Shown: positions 5,012 through 13,671 of the stretch, piece after piece
Layout: every line of letters starts with the position of its first letter
Position numbering within the stretch: the stretch's first letter is position 1
Translations under genes and position numbers: made by a program
From: a virus
Taxonomy: Duplodnaviria > Caudoviricetes
DNA: 24,213 nt
Reading direction: 5' to 3' (one strand)
IMG/VR virus record: IMGVR_UViG_3300037420_000514
Span: 1 to 24,213 of that record
The notes under the pieces: generated by a model
What the model was told of the DNA's origin: nothing
Databases searched by the model: none
The model's input: only the letters and a program-made list of their open reading frames with translations

Positions 5012-7048
5012 ATGGACCCATTGGAACAGCGCGACGAACTCCGGTTCAATGAGGAACTGGCGGATTTTGTCAACAAGGAGTACGAACGCCGCCGCATCGA
5101 GCGGAAGCCTTTTGAACTCCAATGGCGGATGAACATGGAATTTTTGAACGGGAACCAATACCTCGACATTGATACCGAATCCATGAGTTTAATAGACGTT
5201 CCGCGCATGTATTGGTACCAGGAGCGGGAAGTCTACAATATGATTTCAACCATTGCGGAAACCCGTATTGCCCGCCTGACGCGCCAAAAGCCCATCATGA
5301 AGGTGCGCCCTGCCTCAAGCGAGCAAAACGACCTCTCAAGCGCCAAAGTGTCCTCCATGCTGCTCAATTCGACGTGGTATGACGAGGATATGGACCGCAA
5401 ATATGAAAAGTTCATCGCATGGCTGGAAACGACCGGCACCGCCTTTTTCAAACCCATCTGGAACAAGGACAAAGGGAGAATCCTTCAGGAAGATATTGCC
5501 GAGAAGGAACCCCAGGAGCTTGTGAAAGAGGAAGAAAAGAAAGAGGAAGGGCACCAAAAATACAACCTGAACGACCCGTTCCAAAGCGCCGAGAAACGCA
5601 TTATCCTGCGCGAGGGCGATGTGGAGACGGAAGTGTGCTCCGCGTTTGAGGTCTACCCGGACAATTCGCACGGGGACTTTGACGACTGCAAATCCGTGAT
5701 TCACGCGCGGGCCTATCATGTCGATGATATCGAGGATTGGTGGGGCGAAAAAGTAGAGGAAGAAAAAGTCGATGTGGTCACGCTGCAAAGCGGCACCAGC
5801 GGCATTGGCGGCCTTGGGTATCAGGTCGGAAGTTTTCGCTATACCACCCAATCCTTGAAAAAACACGCGCTATTAAAAGAATATTACGAACTGCCTTCCA
5901 AACGTTATCCGTATGGACGGCTTATTGTCGTGGCCGGAAACAAGACTTTGTACGCCGGTGTGCTTCCCTACAACATCGGGGAGGACGCGGACCCTTACTT
6001 TCCGTTTGTCCGTGCCGTTTCCATTCCGGTTGTGGGGAGTTTCTGGGGAAAAAGCATCATTGAACGCTGTATTCCCATACAACGGCGTTACAACGCATTA
6101 AGGAACCGAAAAGCTGAATATCTGAACCTAGTAACCGTGGGCCAATGGTATGCGCCCGAAGGGGTGGTCGAGGATGAAAGTGTGCTTAACAACGAGCCAG
6201 GAAACATCATTCGTTACCGAAACCTGGGCAATGGCATCAAGCCGGAGCCGGTGGTGTTCCCGTCTTTGCCGTCCAGTTTCGAAATGGAATCACAGACCCT
6301 TATGCAGGAGTTTACCGCCGTAAGCGGCGTCTCCGAACTCTCCCGGTTCTCAGAAGCGCCGAGCGGCGTGAAGTCGGGCGTGGCCTTGTCGATTGCCTCG
6401 GAACAGGATGATTCCCGGATTGGCCTGACCGCGAACCAATTGGAGATCGCAAGCGTCGACCTCGGCAAGAAATGGCTGCGCCTCTACCGCCAGTTTGCGA
6501 TGGAGCCGCGCATTATCCGGTATGTCGGCAATTCCAATGAGATTGACGTGCTGTATTGGGAAGCGTCAGACCTCAGAAGCGACGACGTGATTGTCGATAA
6601 TTCAAGCGCATTGGCAGAAACACCGGCACAAAGGCGCCAAATGGTGTTTGACCTTATCAACACCGGCATCTTTAACCGTCCGGAAACCAACCCGTATACG
6701 TCAGAGGGCGTCCGCAAAATCCTTGAAATGCTGGAATTCGGAGCCTGGGAAGGCGGCGTGGATGAAGATAGCGAGCTTCAGGAATCCAAAGCGAAGCGCG
6801 AAAACCGCCAAATGCTGGATGGCACCCTGCTTCCGGTCAATGAGTATGACGATGATGCGCTCCATATCCGTGAGCACTATCGCTTCATGATGTCTACCGA
6901 TTACGAGGAAATCATGCTTAGTGAGGAAGGACCGCAGATTGATGAGCTGTTCAAGGCCCATTTAGATGCCCACCATCAGCGTTTGCAGTTTATCCAAATG
7001 CAGCAGCAGATGGCCGCACAACAGCAGCAAGAACAGGCGAAAGCCTGA
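5012..7048 (+). CDS. Portal protein (long, P22-like podovirus type)
   Basis: 678 aa between terminase and scaffold. Portal-like segments TGTAFFKPIW, YFPFV, FWGKSIIERCIPIQRRYN, PGNIIRY, SGVAL; Q-rich C-terminal helix. Confidence 0.88.
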   Translation: MDPLEQRDELRFNEELADFVNKEYERRRIERKPFELQWRMNMEFLNGNQYLDIDTESMSLIDVPRMYWYQEREVYNMISTIAETRIARLTRQKPIMKVRPASSEQNDLSSAKVSSMLLNSTWYDEDMDRKYEKFIAWLETTGTAFFKPIWNKDKGRILQEDIAEKEPQELVKEEEKKEEGHQKYNLNDPFQSAEKRIILREGDVETEVCSAFEVYPDNSHGDFDDCKSVIHARAYHVDDIEDWWGEKVEEEKVDVVTLQSGTSGIGGLGYQVGSFRYTTQSLKKHALLKEYYELPSKRYPYGRLIVVAGNKTLYAGVLPYNIGEDADPYFPFVRAVSIPVVGSFWGKSIIERCIPIQRRYNALRNRKAEYLNLVTVGQWYAPEGVVEDESVLNNEPGNIIRYRNLGNGIKPEPVVFPSLPSSFEMESQTLMQEFTAVSGVSELSRFSEAPSGVKSGVALSIASEQDDSRIGLTANQLEIASVDLGKKWLRLYRQFAMEPRIIRYVGNSNEIDVLYWEASDLRSDDVIVDNSSALAETPAQRRQMVFDLINTGIFNRPETNPYTSEGVRKILEMLEFGAWEGGVDEDSELQESKAKRENRQMLDGTLLPVNEYDDDALHIREHYRFMMSTDYEEIMLSEEGPQIDELFKAHLDAHHQRLQFIQMQQQMAAQQQQEQAKA

Positions 7049-7173
7049 TTATGATAAAAAACTTTGACCAGGGATAAGTACCCCGACCAAGTAACCCCAG
7101 GGCTATCTTTCATTACAAAAGAGAGTACAGGGTGAAACAGGGCGAACGTTACAGTCACAAAGGAGAAAAACAC

Positions 7174-8040
7174 ATGTCTAACTTGCTTTTAAAACTCGAT
7201 TTGCAATTCTTTTCAGCCGACGGCGGCGGTGAATTCGGCGCGTATGACCCATCCAGCGCCTTTGAAGGAATCGGAGCGGAGCCGGTACAGCCGGAAGGCC
7301 AGGGCCAAGTTCCATACACCGAACCCCAACAGCCGGAACTTCTTGATTTTGGCGGGCGAAAGCTTCAAGCCAACGAGGATTTAATGGGTCTGCACAAGGA
7401 TTTCACCGAACAGCAGCGTTACATCACGTCTCTGCAAGAACAAGTCAACGCGTACAAACAGCTGGCGCAAACGGTCCAGACACCGCCGCAGGTACAGCCG
7501 CAAGCCCAGCCGCAGGAAATCAGCTCCAACGTGAATGAATGGAATGAAGAAACCTGGCAGCAGTTTTACGACAAGCCGCAGGAAGTCATCGGCCAGCTCA
7601 TTCAGCAAAACGTTCAATCCTATATCGAACCGATTATGAAAGAACGCCAATGGAATGATGAAATCCAGCGCATGTACTCGTCGTATCCGGATTTCGACCA
7701 ATATATCGGCGACATTCAAGGCCTTGTTCAGCAGTTTCCGGATAAGTACGCAAACGGCGGACTGGAAGATGCGTATTACCGAGCGAAAGCAACAAAGGCG
7801 GCGGACCCGGCGGCACTTGCCCAGGACCCGCAATTTTTACAGCAATATGTCATGAATAACCCACAGGTCCAGCAACAGGCCGTGGGCCAGTATTTTCAGC
7901 AAAAACAACAGGTGAACCAGCAAATCCCAGCGGCAATGGGCCGAGGGATGGGCGGTTCCACCCCTCTGACGCCGGATGCTTCCCCCACTACGTTGAGAGA
8001 GGCGTCTAGGCAGTTTCTCAAACAATTAGGAATCAGATAA
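7174..8040 (+). CDS. Capsid scaffolding protein with N-terminal Prp-type cleavage motif
   Basis: RBS AAGGAG and ATG 7174; MSNLLLKLDLQFFS; Q/P-rich helical protein immediately upstream of the capsid gene. Confidence 0.8.
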   Translation: MSNLLLKLDLQFFSADGGGEFGAYDPSSAFEGIGAEPVQPEGQGQVPYTEPQQPELLDFGGRKLQANEDLMGLHKDFTEQQRYITSLQEQVNAYKQLAQTVQTPPQVQPQAQPQEISSNVNEWNEETWQQFYDKPQEVIGQLIQQNVQSYIEPIMKERQWNDEIQRMYSSYPDFDQYIGDIQGLVQQFPDKYANGGLEDAYYRAKATKAADPAALAQDPQFLQQYVMNNPQVQQQAVGQYFQQKQQVNQQIPAAMGRGMGGSTPLTPDASPTTLREASRQFLKQLGIR

Positions 8041-8055
8041 GGAGTGAAGTAAACG

Positions 8056-9465
8056 ATGGCATGGTTAAATATGACCGCTGCATCCGAAGCCTTAAAGATC
8101 AACTATCTTCCGGCATTGCGATACCAGCTAAACACAGCGAACCCGATTCTATCGGTAATTGAAAGAAACTCTGAAAGTGTAGTAGGTTCAGAGGTTAGGA
8201 TGGCCCTTAGATACGGCCGTCAAGGCGGCGTGGGCAACCGCGCAGAGGACGGAATTTTGCCTCAGCCTAACAGCCGTAAAACAAAGCAGGCAAAGTTCGA
8301 AACAAAGAACTTGTTTGCTAGAATCCAAATCTCAGACAAAACGATGAAAGCCTCCCGTTCCCGTGACGGCGCGTTCGTTAGTTTGCTAGAGGCGGAATTA
8401 GAGGACGCACAAGCAGACGCCAAGGATATGATGGCCCGCCAGGTATTCGGCGATGGCACAGGAAAATTGGCAACGTTCTCCGCTGCCACGACTCAGAACA
8501 CTCTGACCGTATCCAGCACGCAATACTTTGTCGAGGGCATGTTCATTGACATCATGGACAACGCCAACTCCGTGAAAGTATCCCAGCGCGAAATCACAGC
8601 GGTGGACGATGTGGCCGGAACGATCACGATTTCCGGTGCAGCGGTGACGACTGTTTCGACTGACTATGCGGTTCTTTATGGCAACTACAACCAAGAGCTG
8701 ACTGGATTTGGGGCGGTGTTCCAAAATGACAACACCATTTACGGCATCAACCGTGCGCAAAACAAGTGGTTCAACCCAACATTAAAATCAAGCGTGGGCG
8801 CGATTTCTGAAGTCGGCATCCAGCAATTGATTGATGATGTGGACCGCAAAGCGGGGGCGAAAACAAACTTCCTGCTTTCTTCTTACGGCGTTCGCCGCGC
8901 GTACCAAGACTTGCTTTTGGCTACGAAGCGTACAACAGACGTCATGAAATTAAAAGGCGGCTATGAAACCCTAACGTTCAACGGAATGCCGTTTGCGGTT
9001 GACAAGTATGCTCCGGCAGGGACTTTATACGGCCTTGACCTTTCCACTTGGAACCTGTACCACATCGAGGACTGGAACTGGTTAGAAGAGGACGGCGCGG
9101 TTCTTAATCGTGTGGCAGACCGTCCGGTTTGGGAAGCTTCGATGGTTTAAGTATTAGACCCTATATGAAGCGATTCGTATAGCAAACCCCTCTAATTGCT
9201 GGGAACCCCTAACGTATAAGACGAGGGCAATCAGCAGCGAAGCCTGTGAAAACAGGAACGTTCAACGACTAGGATTTATTCCGTAGGGCGCAAGGGCGCT
9301 CGAAATGGGGGGCATCTCTAGTAGATGATGATATAGTCTGACCTCTATGGAAACATAGAGAGATTGTACGGAACCGGTGCAATCGTAACATTAGTGCGAT
9401 ACTGCGACCTGGGATGTTCAAAACCAAAAGGCAACTTCATGGCTACAGGCATTACAGAAAGATAA
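8056..9465 (+). CDS. Major capsid protein, spliced: join(8056..9147,9397..9465), 386 aa
   Basis: Position after the scaffold; HK97-fold-like segments (ARQVFGDGTG, IYGINR, LTFNGMPFAVDKYAP). Removing the intron joins ...WEASMV in frame to RYCDLGCSKPKGNFMATGITER*. Confidence 0.88.
9148..9396 (+). mobile_element. Group I self-splicing intron (IA-like, no ORF), 249 nt
   Basis: P AATTGCTGGG 9194-9203, Q AATCAGCAG 9229-9237, R TTCAACGACTA 9261-9271, S GATATAGTC 9330-9338. P1 is GGTT|TAA-GTA-TTA-GACC with U-G at the 5' splice site. P7 GACTA/TAGTC, two extra hairpins between P7 and P3', P8, P9 CTCTATG-GAAA-CATAGAG, terminal G9396, P10 GTATT/GATAC. Confidence 0.93.
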
Positions 9466-9477
9466 TAACAACTAACG

Positions 9478-9517
9478 AAAAGGGGGGAGTGCCAATAGCG
9501 GTACCCCCCCTTTTTTT
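9478..9517 (+). terminator. Intrinsic terminator after capsid exon 2
   Basis: GGGGGG-a-GTGCC / GGTAC-CCCCCC stem followed by T7, starting 13 nt after the exon-2 stop. Confidence 0.85.
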
Positions 9518-9534
9518 GTAAAGGAGTGGAAAAA

Positions 9535-10785
9535 ATGGCAGCTTATGATGCACAAGACGATATGCTGAAAGTCAAATCGACCCAAAAAAAATTCCGTGAC
9601 AGCTTTGCCGGTTCCTCATTGGACACGGAAAAATGGGATGTGGTGGCGGTAACAGGCGCCCAAATGAGTGTGACTGTTTCAGGCGGAAACTTGACCTTTG
9701 GGTCTGGAACGACGGCCAATGCGGAAACACAAATCATTTCAAAAGAACGCTTTACCGTACCGTTTCGCATTTCGTATGGTCTGACGTTATCCCAGCGTAT
9801 TGCCAATGCTACATTCATTGTAGAAGCCGTTTCGATTGACCCGAACACCGGGAAGGTGGACAACAAAAACATTGTCGGGATGGTCCATGACGGAACCACA
9901 GCAACAAGCATCAAGTACCGCGTGGCAAATGGCGGAACGGCGCCGGTGGATACGTCCAATACATTCCCGACCACCGCTGCTGGCGGCGTGTATGAAATCG
10001 AGCCGTTTGCCGATGAAGCTTGGTTTCACGGCGGCACAATAGATTCCAACGTGGCCCGAGCGAACAGCTATCGCCGTCATTCCAACATTCCGGACCCGAA
10101 CCAATATTACAAAATCCGGATTCGCTGGCTGAACGGCGGAACAGCGCCAGCTTCCAACACCAATGCCGTCATGGCGTTTATCGCCTGCCAGGACTATGCT
10201 GAACTGACGGCTGAAATCACGGCCGGTCGCGGACAGTCAACTGCGGGTCAGGCCATCGGTGTTCAAGTGGTGGGCGGAAACTTGACTTCCCCGCAAGCTA
10301 TAGGCGGGCAATATGCACATGACACAGCAACCGCAAACAATCCTGTCACCATCGGAGCTAGGGCCATTAACGTGGCGCCGACAGCGGTCAGTACGACTGG
10401 CGACGTGACGAACCTATACGCAACAATGGTCGGAGCGCTCATTTCCAAGCCTTATGCCATTCCGGAAGCCGATTGGCAATATGCCTGCGCGGCACCGGTT
10501 ACGGTCACGACCGACCAGGCGGTGAAAGCGGCAGGAGCGGCAGGCGTCCGAAATTACATGACAAATATCCAATATATGAATACCAACGCAACGGCGACAG
10601 AAGTTGTCGTGAAAGACGGCTCTACTGTCATTTGGAGAGGGTATGCCCCTGCCAGCATGACCACGCTGATCGACGTGCAATTCCCGACACCTTTAAAGGG
10701 GACAGCGGCGACCGCGATGAACTTTGCCTGCATTACAACCGGAGCGAACGTGTATATCAACGCACAAGGCTATATTGCGCCATAG
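9535..10785 (+). CDS. Putative virion structural protein (beta-rich; head decoration/spike candidate)
   Basis: RBS AAGGAG and ATG 9535; T/A/G/V/N-rich, 416 aa, directly after the capsid gene. Confidence 0.65.
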   Translation: MAAYDAQDDMLKVKSTQKKFRDSFAGSSLDTEKWDVVAVTGAQMSVTVSGGNLTFGSGTTANAETQIISKERFTVPFRISYGLTLSQRIANATFIVEAVSIDPNTGKVDNKNIVGMVHDGTTATSIKYRVANGGTAPVDTSNTFPTTAAGGVYEIEPFADEAWFHGGTIDSNVARANSYRRHSNIPDPNQYYKIRIRWLNGGTAPASNTNAVMAFIACQDYAELTAEITAGRGQSTAGQAIGVQVVGGNLTSPQAIGGQYAHDTATANNPVTIGARAINVAPTAVSTTGDVTNLYATMVGALISKPYAIPEADWQYACAAPVTVTTDQAVKAAGAAGVRNYMTNIQYMNTNATATEVVVKDGSTVIWRGYAPASMTTLIDVQFPTPLKGTAATAMNFACITTGANVYINAQGYIAP

Positions 10786-10796
10786 GAGGCTGACAT

Positions 10797-10988
10797 ATGG
10801 ATATTATCGCCATTCAATGTCTGGAGATTAACGACTATTCGGCAGATGGGTATTATCTGGTAGTGTTTGCCGTTTCTTCCAATGACCCGGAAATGTACAC
10901 AAGCGCCACCTTCAATTTGACGATGGCTGATGCAAGCGGGCTGGAAGTGGGAAAATTTTATGACCTGAAACTGAATGAAATCATTTAA
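10797..10988 (+). CDS. Small acidic hypothetical protein
   Basis: RBS AGGAGG; 63 aa. Confidence 0.7.
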   Translation: MDIIAIQCLEINDYSADGYYLVVFAVSSNDPEMYTSATFNLTMADASGLEVGKFYDLKLNEII

Positions 10989-11002
10989 AAAGAGGTGAAA
11001 AC

Positions 11003-11236
11003 ATGCCAAGCTGGACACCGAATTTGGGCCTGGAAACCTCCGAATACGGAGTGGACCGGGTAAACAGAAACTTTGAAATCATTGACGAAGCCCTGGCTGG
11101 TATTGGCGGCGGCGGGGTGGAAACCGGAACTGCTTTTCCGACCGACAACCTGACATCCGGCCGTTTGTTTTACCGGACCGATGAAGAAAAACTTTATGCC
11201 TACAACGGCACCGCCCAGGCGTGGGTAGAGAAATAG
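11003..11236 (+). CDS. Short fibre-like/adaptor protein
   Basis: RBS GAGGTG. TPNLGL...NRNFEIID resembles fibre N-terminal anchors; ends with a FP....G.LFYRTD...LY.YNG...W fibre motif. Confidence 0.6.
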   Translation: MPSWTPNLGLETSEYGVDRVNRNFEIIDEALAGIGGGGVETGTAFPTDNLTSGRLFYRTDEEKLYAYNGTAQAWVEK

Positions 11237-11252
11237 AAAGGGGTGACACCTT

Positions 11253-12254
11253 ATGGCTTTCCCAATTAACCCGGCGGATGGGACGAAATTCACGTTCGGG
11301 GAATGGCAATATCAATTTGACGCGCTGAACAAGGCGTGGAAAAAATATACACCGGCGATTGCGGGGGTTCCCTTAGAAACGGAATTGGGGATGAATCAGC
11401 CGCAGATACAAGGATTTGATACCGTGGTAGCTGATAGAGGGGTACTGTTATGGACCGACACCCCGTCTTATAACTCGTGGATCGGCTATGACTTTAAAGT
11501 AACAACCGACAAAATGCTGGTTGCTATTAGGTTCTTTGCCTTATCTAGCACATCAAAACTCGGCATTTGGGATGTGGCGACAAAAACTAAAATAGCGGAT
11601 TGGGCTGCAACCGGCACAGGCGACTGGGTGGATTTCACCTTGCCGACACCCGTTACATTAAAAGCTGATGTAGCCTATTTTCTCGGAACTTATACCAATT
11701 CCTCGCCGGGACATCCTTACTATTTGGGTGTAGGGTCCGGTTACACCAAAAATGGTATTGTTTTTATCGACGGACGCACCGCGCTTGCGAACGGGGACGT
11801 ATGGCCGATCAACAATGGCGGCGGCAGCATGTATTCCAGGCTGCATCCGGTTGTAACAGACCTATCGTTATCCGCAAAAGTGACAGATTTATCGTCAACA
11901 GCCGGAACCAAAACCCGTTCCATCGCCTTTCACCTTCACGGCGACCAGGCGGCAGAAACGGGGGCGGTCAGCTTTATTGCACCGCAGGCCCTGACCATTA
12001 CGGACATCCGTGTTTCTGTCGACACAGCACCGGCAGGAGCGGCCTTGACCATTGACGTGAACAAAAACGGCACGACGATGTACACGACCCAGGCCAACCG
12101 CCCTTCGATTGCAGCGGGGGCGACAAGCGCAACGGCGACCTTGCCGGATGTGAAAACCATGGCTTTGGGTGACAAAATCAGCATCGACATTGACCAAGTG
12201 GGGTCGACCACGGCAGGGAAGAACCTGAACGTGACGCTGATCTGTACGGAGTAG
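11253..12254 (+). CDS. Fibre protein with DUF4082-like central domain
   Basis: N-terminal FPINPADG...QYQFD...W fibre motif; central IGYDFKV..DK.LVAIRF...W...LPTPVTL; C-terminal ALTIDVNKNGTT...DIDQVGST domain. Confidence 0.6.
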   Translation: MAFPINPADGTKFTFGEWQYQFDALNKAWKKYTPAIAGVPLETELGMNQPQIQGFDTVVADRGVLLWTDTPSYNSWIGYDFKVTTDKMLVAIRFFALSSTSKLGIWDVATKTKIADWAATGTGDWVDFTLPTPVTLKADVAYFLGTYTNSSPGHPYYLGVGSGYTKNGIVFIDGRTALANGDVWPINNGGGSMYSRLHPVVTDLSLSAKVTDLSSTAGTKTRSIAFHLHGDQAAETGAVSFIAPQALTITDIRVSVDTAPAGAALTIDVNKNGTTMYTTQANRPSIAAGATSATATLPDVKTMALGDKISIDIDQVGSTTAGKNLNVTLICTE

Positions 12255-12265
12255 GAGGGGGGAAA

Positions 12266-13174
12266 ATGGCTACCTTAACCGAAACATTTGACGGAGGGCA
12301 ACCGACCCTCCCGTTTAGCGGAACGTGGATTACGACAACCACCTCTCCGTACAGTGGAACACATTGTTATACCAATAACGACATTGGTGCCAACGAAACC
12401 GCTACGACTACGCTAAAAATCAAATTTATTACTGACGGTTCCATTTCCTTTTGGGTCCGTACCAGTACGGAATATACCTATGACAAGCTCCGGTTTTACA
12501 TTGACGGTGTCCAGCAAGGAAGTTATAGCGGACCTAACGGCTGGCAACAGGTGTCCTTCAATGTGACCGCAGGATACCATATCCTTCAATGGAAATATTC
12601 AAAGGACGGTTCCGGTGATTCAGGTGAGGATGCGGTCTTTATCGACGAAATAGTTATTGTCGGCGACGTGATAATGTATAAAGACATAACACCTGTCATG
12701 ACGGGCAGTTCAACGCCATCACCATATGTTGTATCGGCATCAGGTTTCACCGCGCCGAATGACCCGTGGAAAGCGTTCGACGGAAGTTTATTGACCCGAT
12801 GGCAAGCAAACGATAATACCGGAAATATCACACTTGATTTTGGCACATCCAAAACGATAAAAAATTACAGCGTCACTCCTTTTGACGCCGCAAATGGCGG
12901 AAGGCCAACCGCCTTGAATCTGGAAGGCTCCAATGACAACAGCACATGGACGACATTGGATAATAAAAGCGGACTGACTATGACGGACGGTGCCAATGAC
13001 TACCTCATTGACAACGCAACCGCCTACCGCTATTACCGCCTGACGGCATCGAAATTAGAAAATAGTCTTTATGTGGAAATGAAAGAAATTAATTATTACG
13101 AAAATTACGAAACAGAAACAGCACCCGTAGAAACAAGCAATCCAAAACGATACGCATACGCACTATTCATCTAA
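12266..13174 (+). CDS. Carbohydrate-binding virion protein (N-terminal jelly-roll plus F5/8 type C discoidin domain)
   Basis: ISFWVRTSTE..YDKLRFYIDG...W.YSKDGS...FIDEI, then WKAFDG...W...ITLDFG...LEGSNDNSTWTTL...YRYYRL. Confidence 0.75.
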   Translation: MATLTETFDGGQPTLPFSGTWITTTTSPYSGTHCYTNNDIGANETATTTLKIKFITDGSISFWVRTSTEYTYDKLRFYIDGVQQGSYSGPNGWQQVSFNVTAGYHILQWKYSKDGSGDSGEDAVFIDEIVIVGDVIMYKDITPVMTGSSTPSPYVVSASGFTAPNDPWKAFDGSLLTRWQANDNTGNITLDFGTSKTIKNYSVTPFDAANGGRPTALNLEGSNDNSTWTTLDNKSGLTMTDGANDYLIDNATAYRYYRLTASKLENSLYVEMKEINYYENYETETAPVETSNPKRYAYALFI

Positions 13175-13192
13175 AGCCTTCTGGCTTTTTTT
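13173..13192 (+). terminator. Weak intrinsic terminator
   Basis: AAAGCC-TTCT-GGCTTT followed by more Ts; short stem. Confidence 0.4.
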
Positions 13193-13205
13193 ATTTGAAG
13201 GAGGA

Positions 13206-13658
13206 ATGAACATGGAGGAAAACATCAAAGTCACCGGCCATATTTGGGTCCATAAAAACGGGGAATTGGTGGCAGAACGCCCGAACATCGTCACAACCGC
13301 CGGGAAAAACTCCCTCGCCACTCTTTTAAACAGCGCAAGCGCCGGAACGAGCGTTGTCACCCATATGGGATTTGGCACATCGAGCACAGCGGTGGCCGCA
13401 GGGGATACCGTACTTGGCACTGAGCTTGTCGGAAACGGCTATGCCCGTGTGGCGGTTACGCGTTCGAACCCAAGCGGCAACGTGGTCCAGTATGTCGCCA
13501 CGCTGACCGGCATTACAGCCTCCGTCACCGTCCAGGAAGCTGGATTGTTTAACGCGGCTACATCCGGAACTTTATTCGCCCACCAATTGACAGGGGCGGT
13601 TGCCTTGAACAATTCGGCGGATTCTTTGCAGATCACTTGGCAAATCACCTTCTCGTAA
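13206..13658 (+). CDS. Virion protein resembling tail-collar/fibre N-terminal domains
   Basis: RBS AAGGAGG; NIVTTAGK...HMGFGT......DT.L..E...EAGLF pattern. Confidence 0.65.
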   Translation: MNMEENIKVTGHIWVHKNGELVAERPNIVTTAGKNSLATLLNSASAGTSVVTHMGFGTSSTAVAAGDTVLGTELVGNGYARVAVTRSNPSGNVVQYVATLTGITASVTVQEAGLFNAATSGTLFAHQLTGAVALNNSADSLQITWQITFS

Positions 13659-13671
13659 GGTTGTGATGTAA

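Noticed and set aside
7049-7173. Possible structured leader upstream of the scaffold gene
   Set aside because: Only short 3-5-bp stems and small repeats were found; not enough to call by eye.
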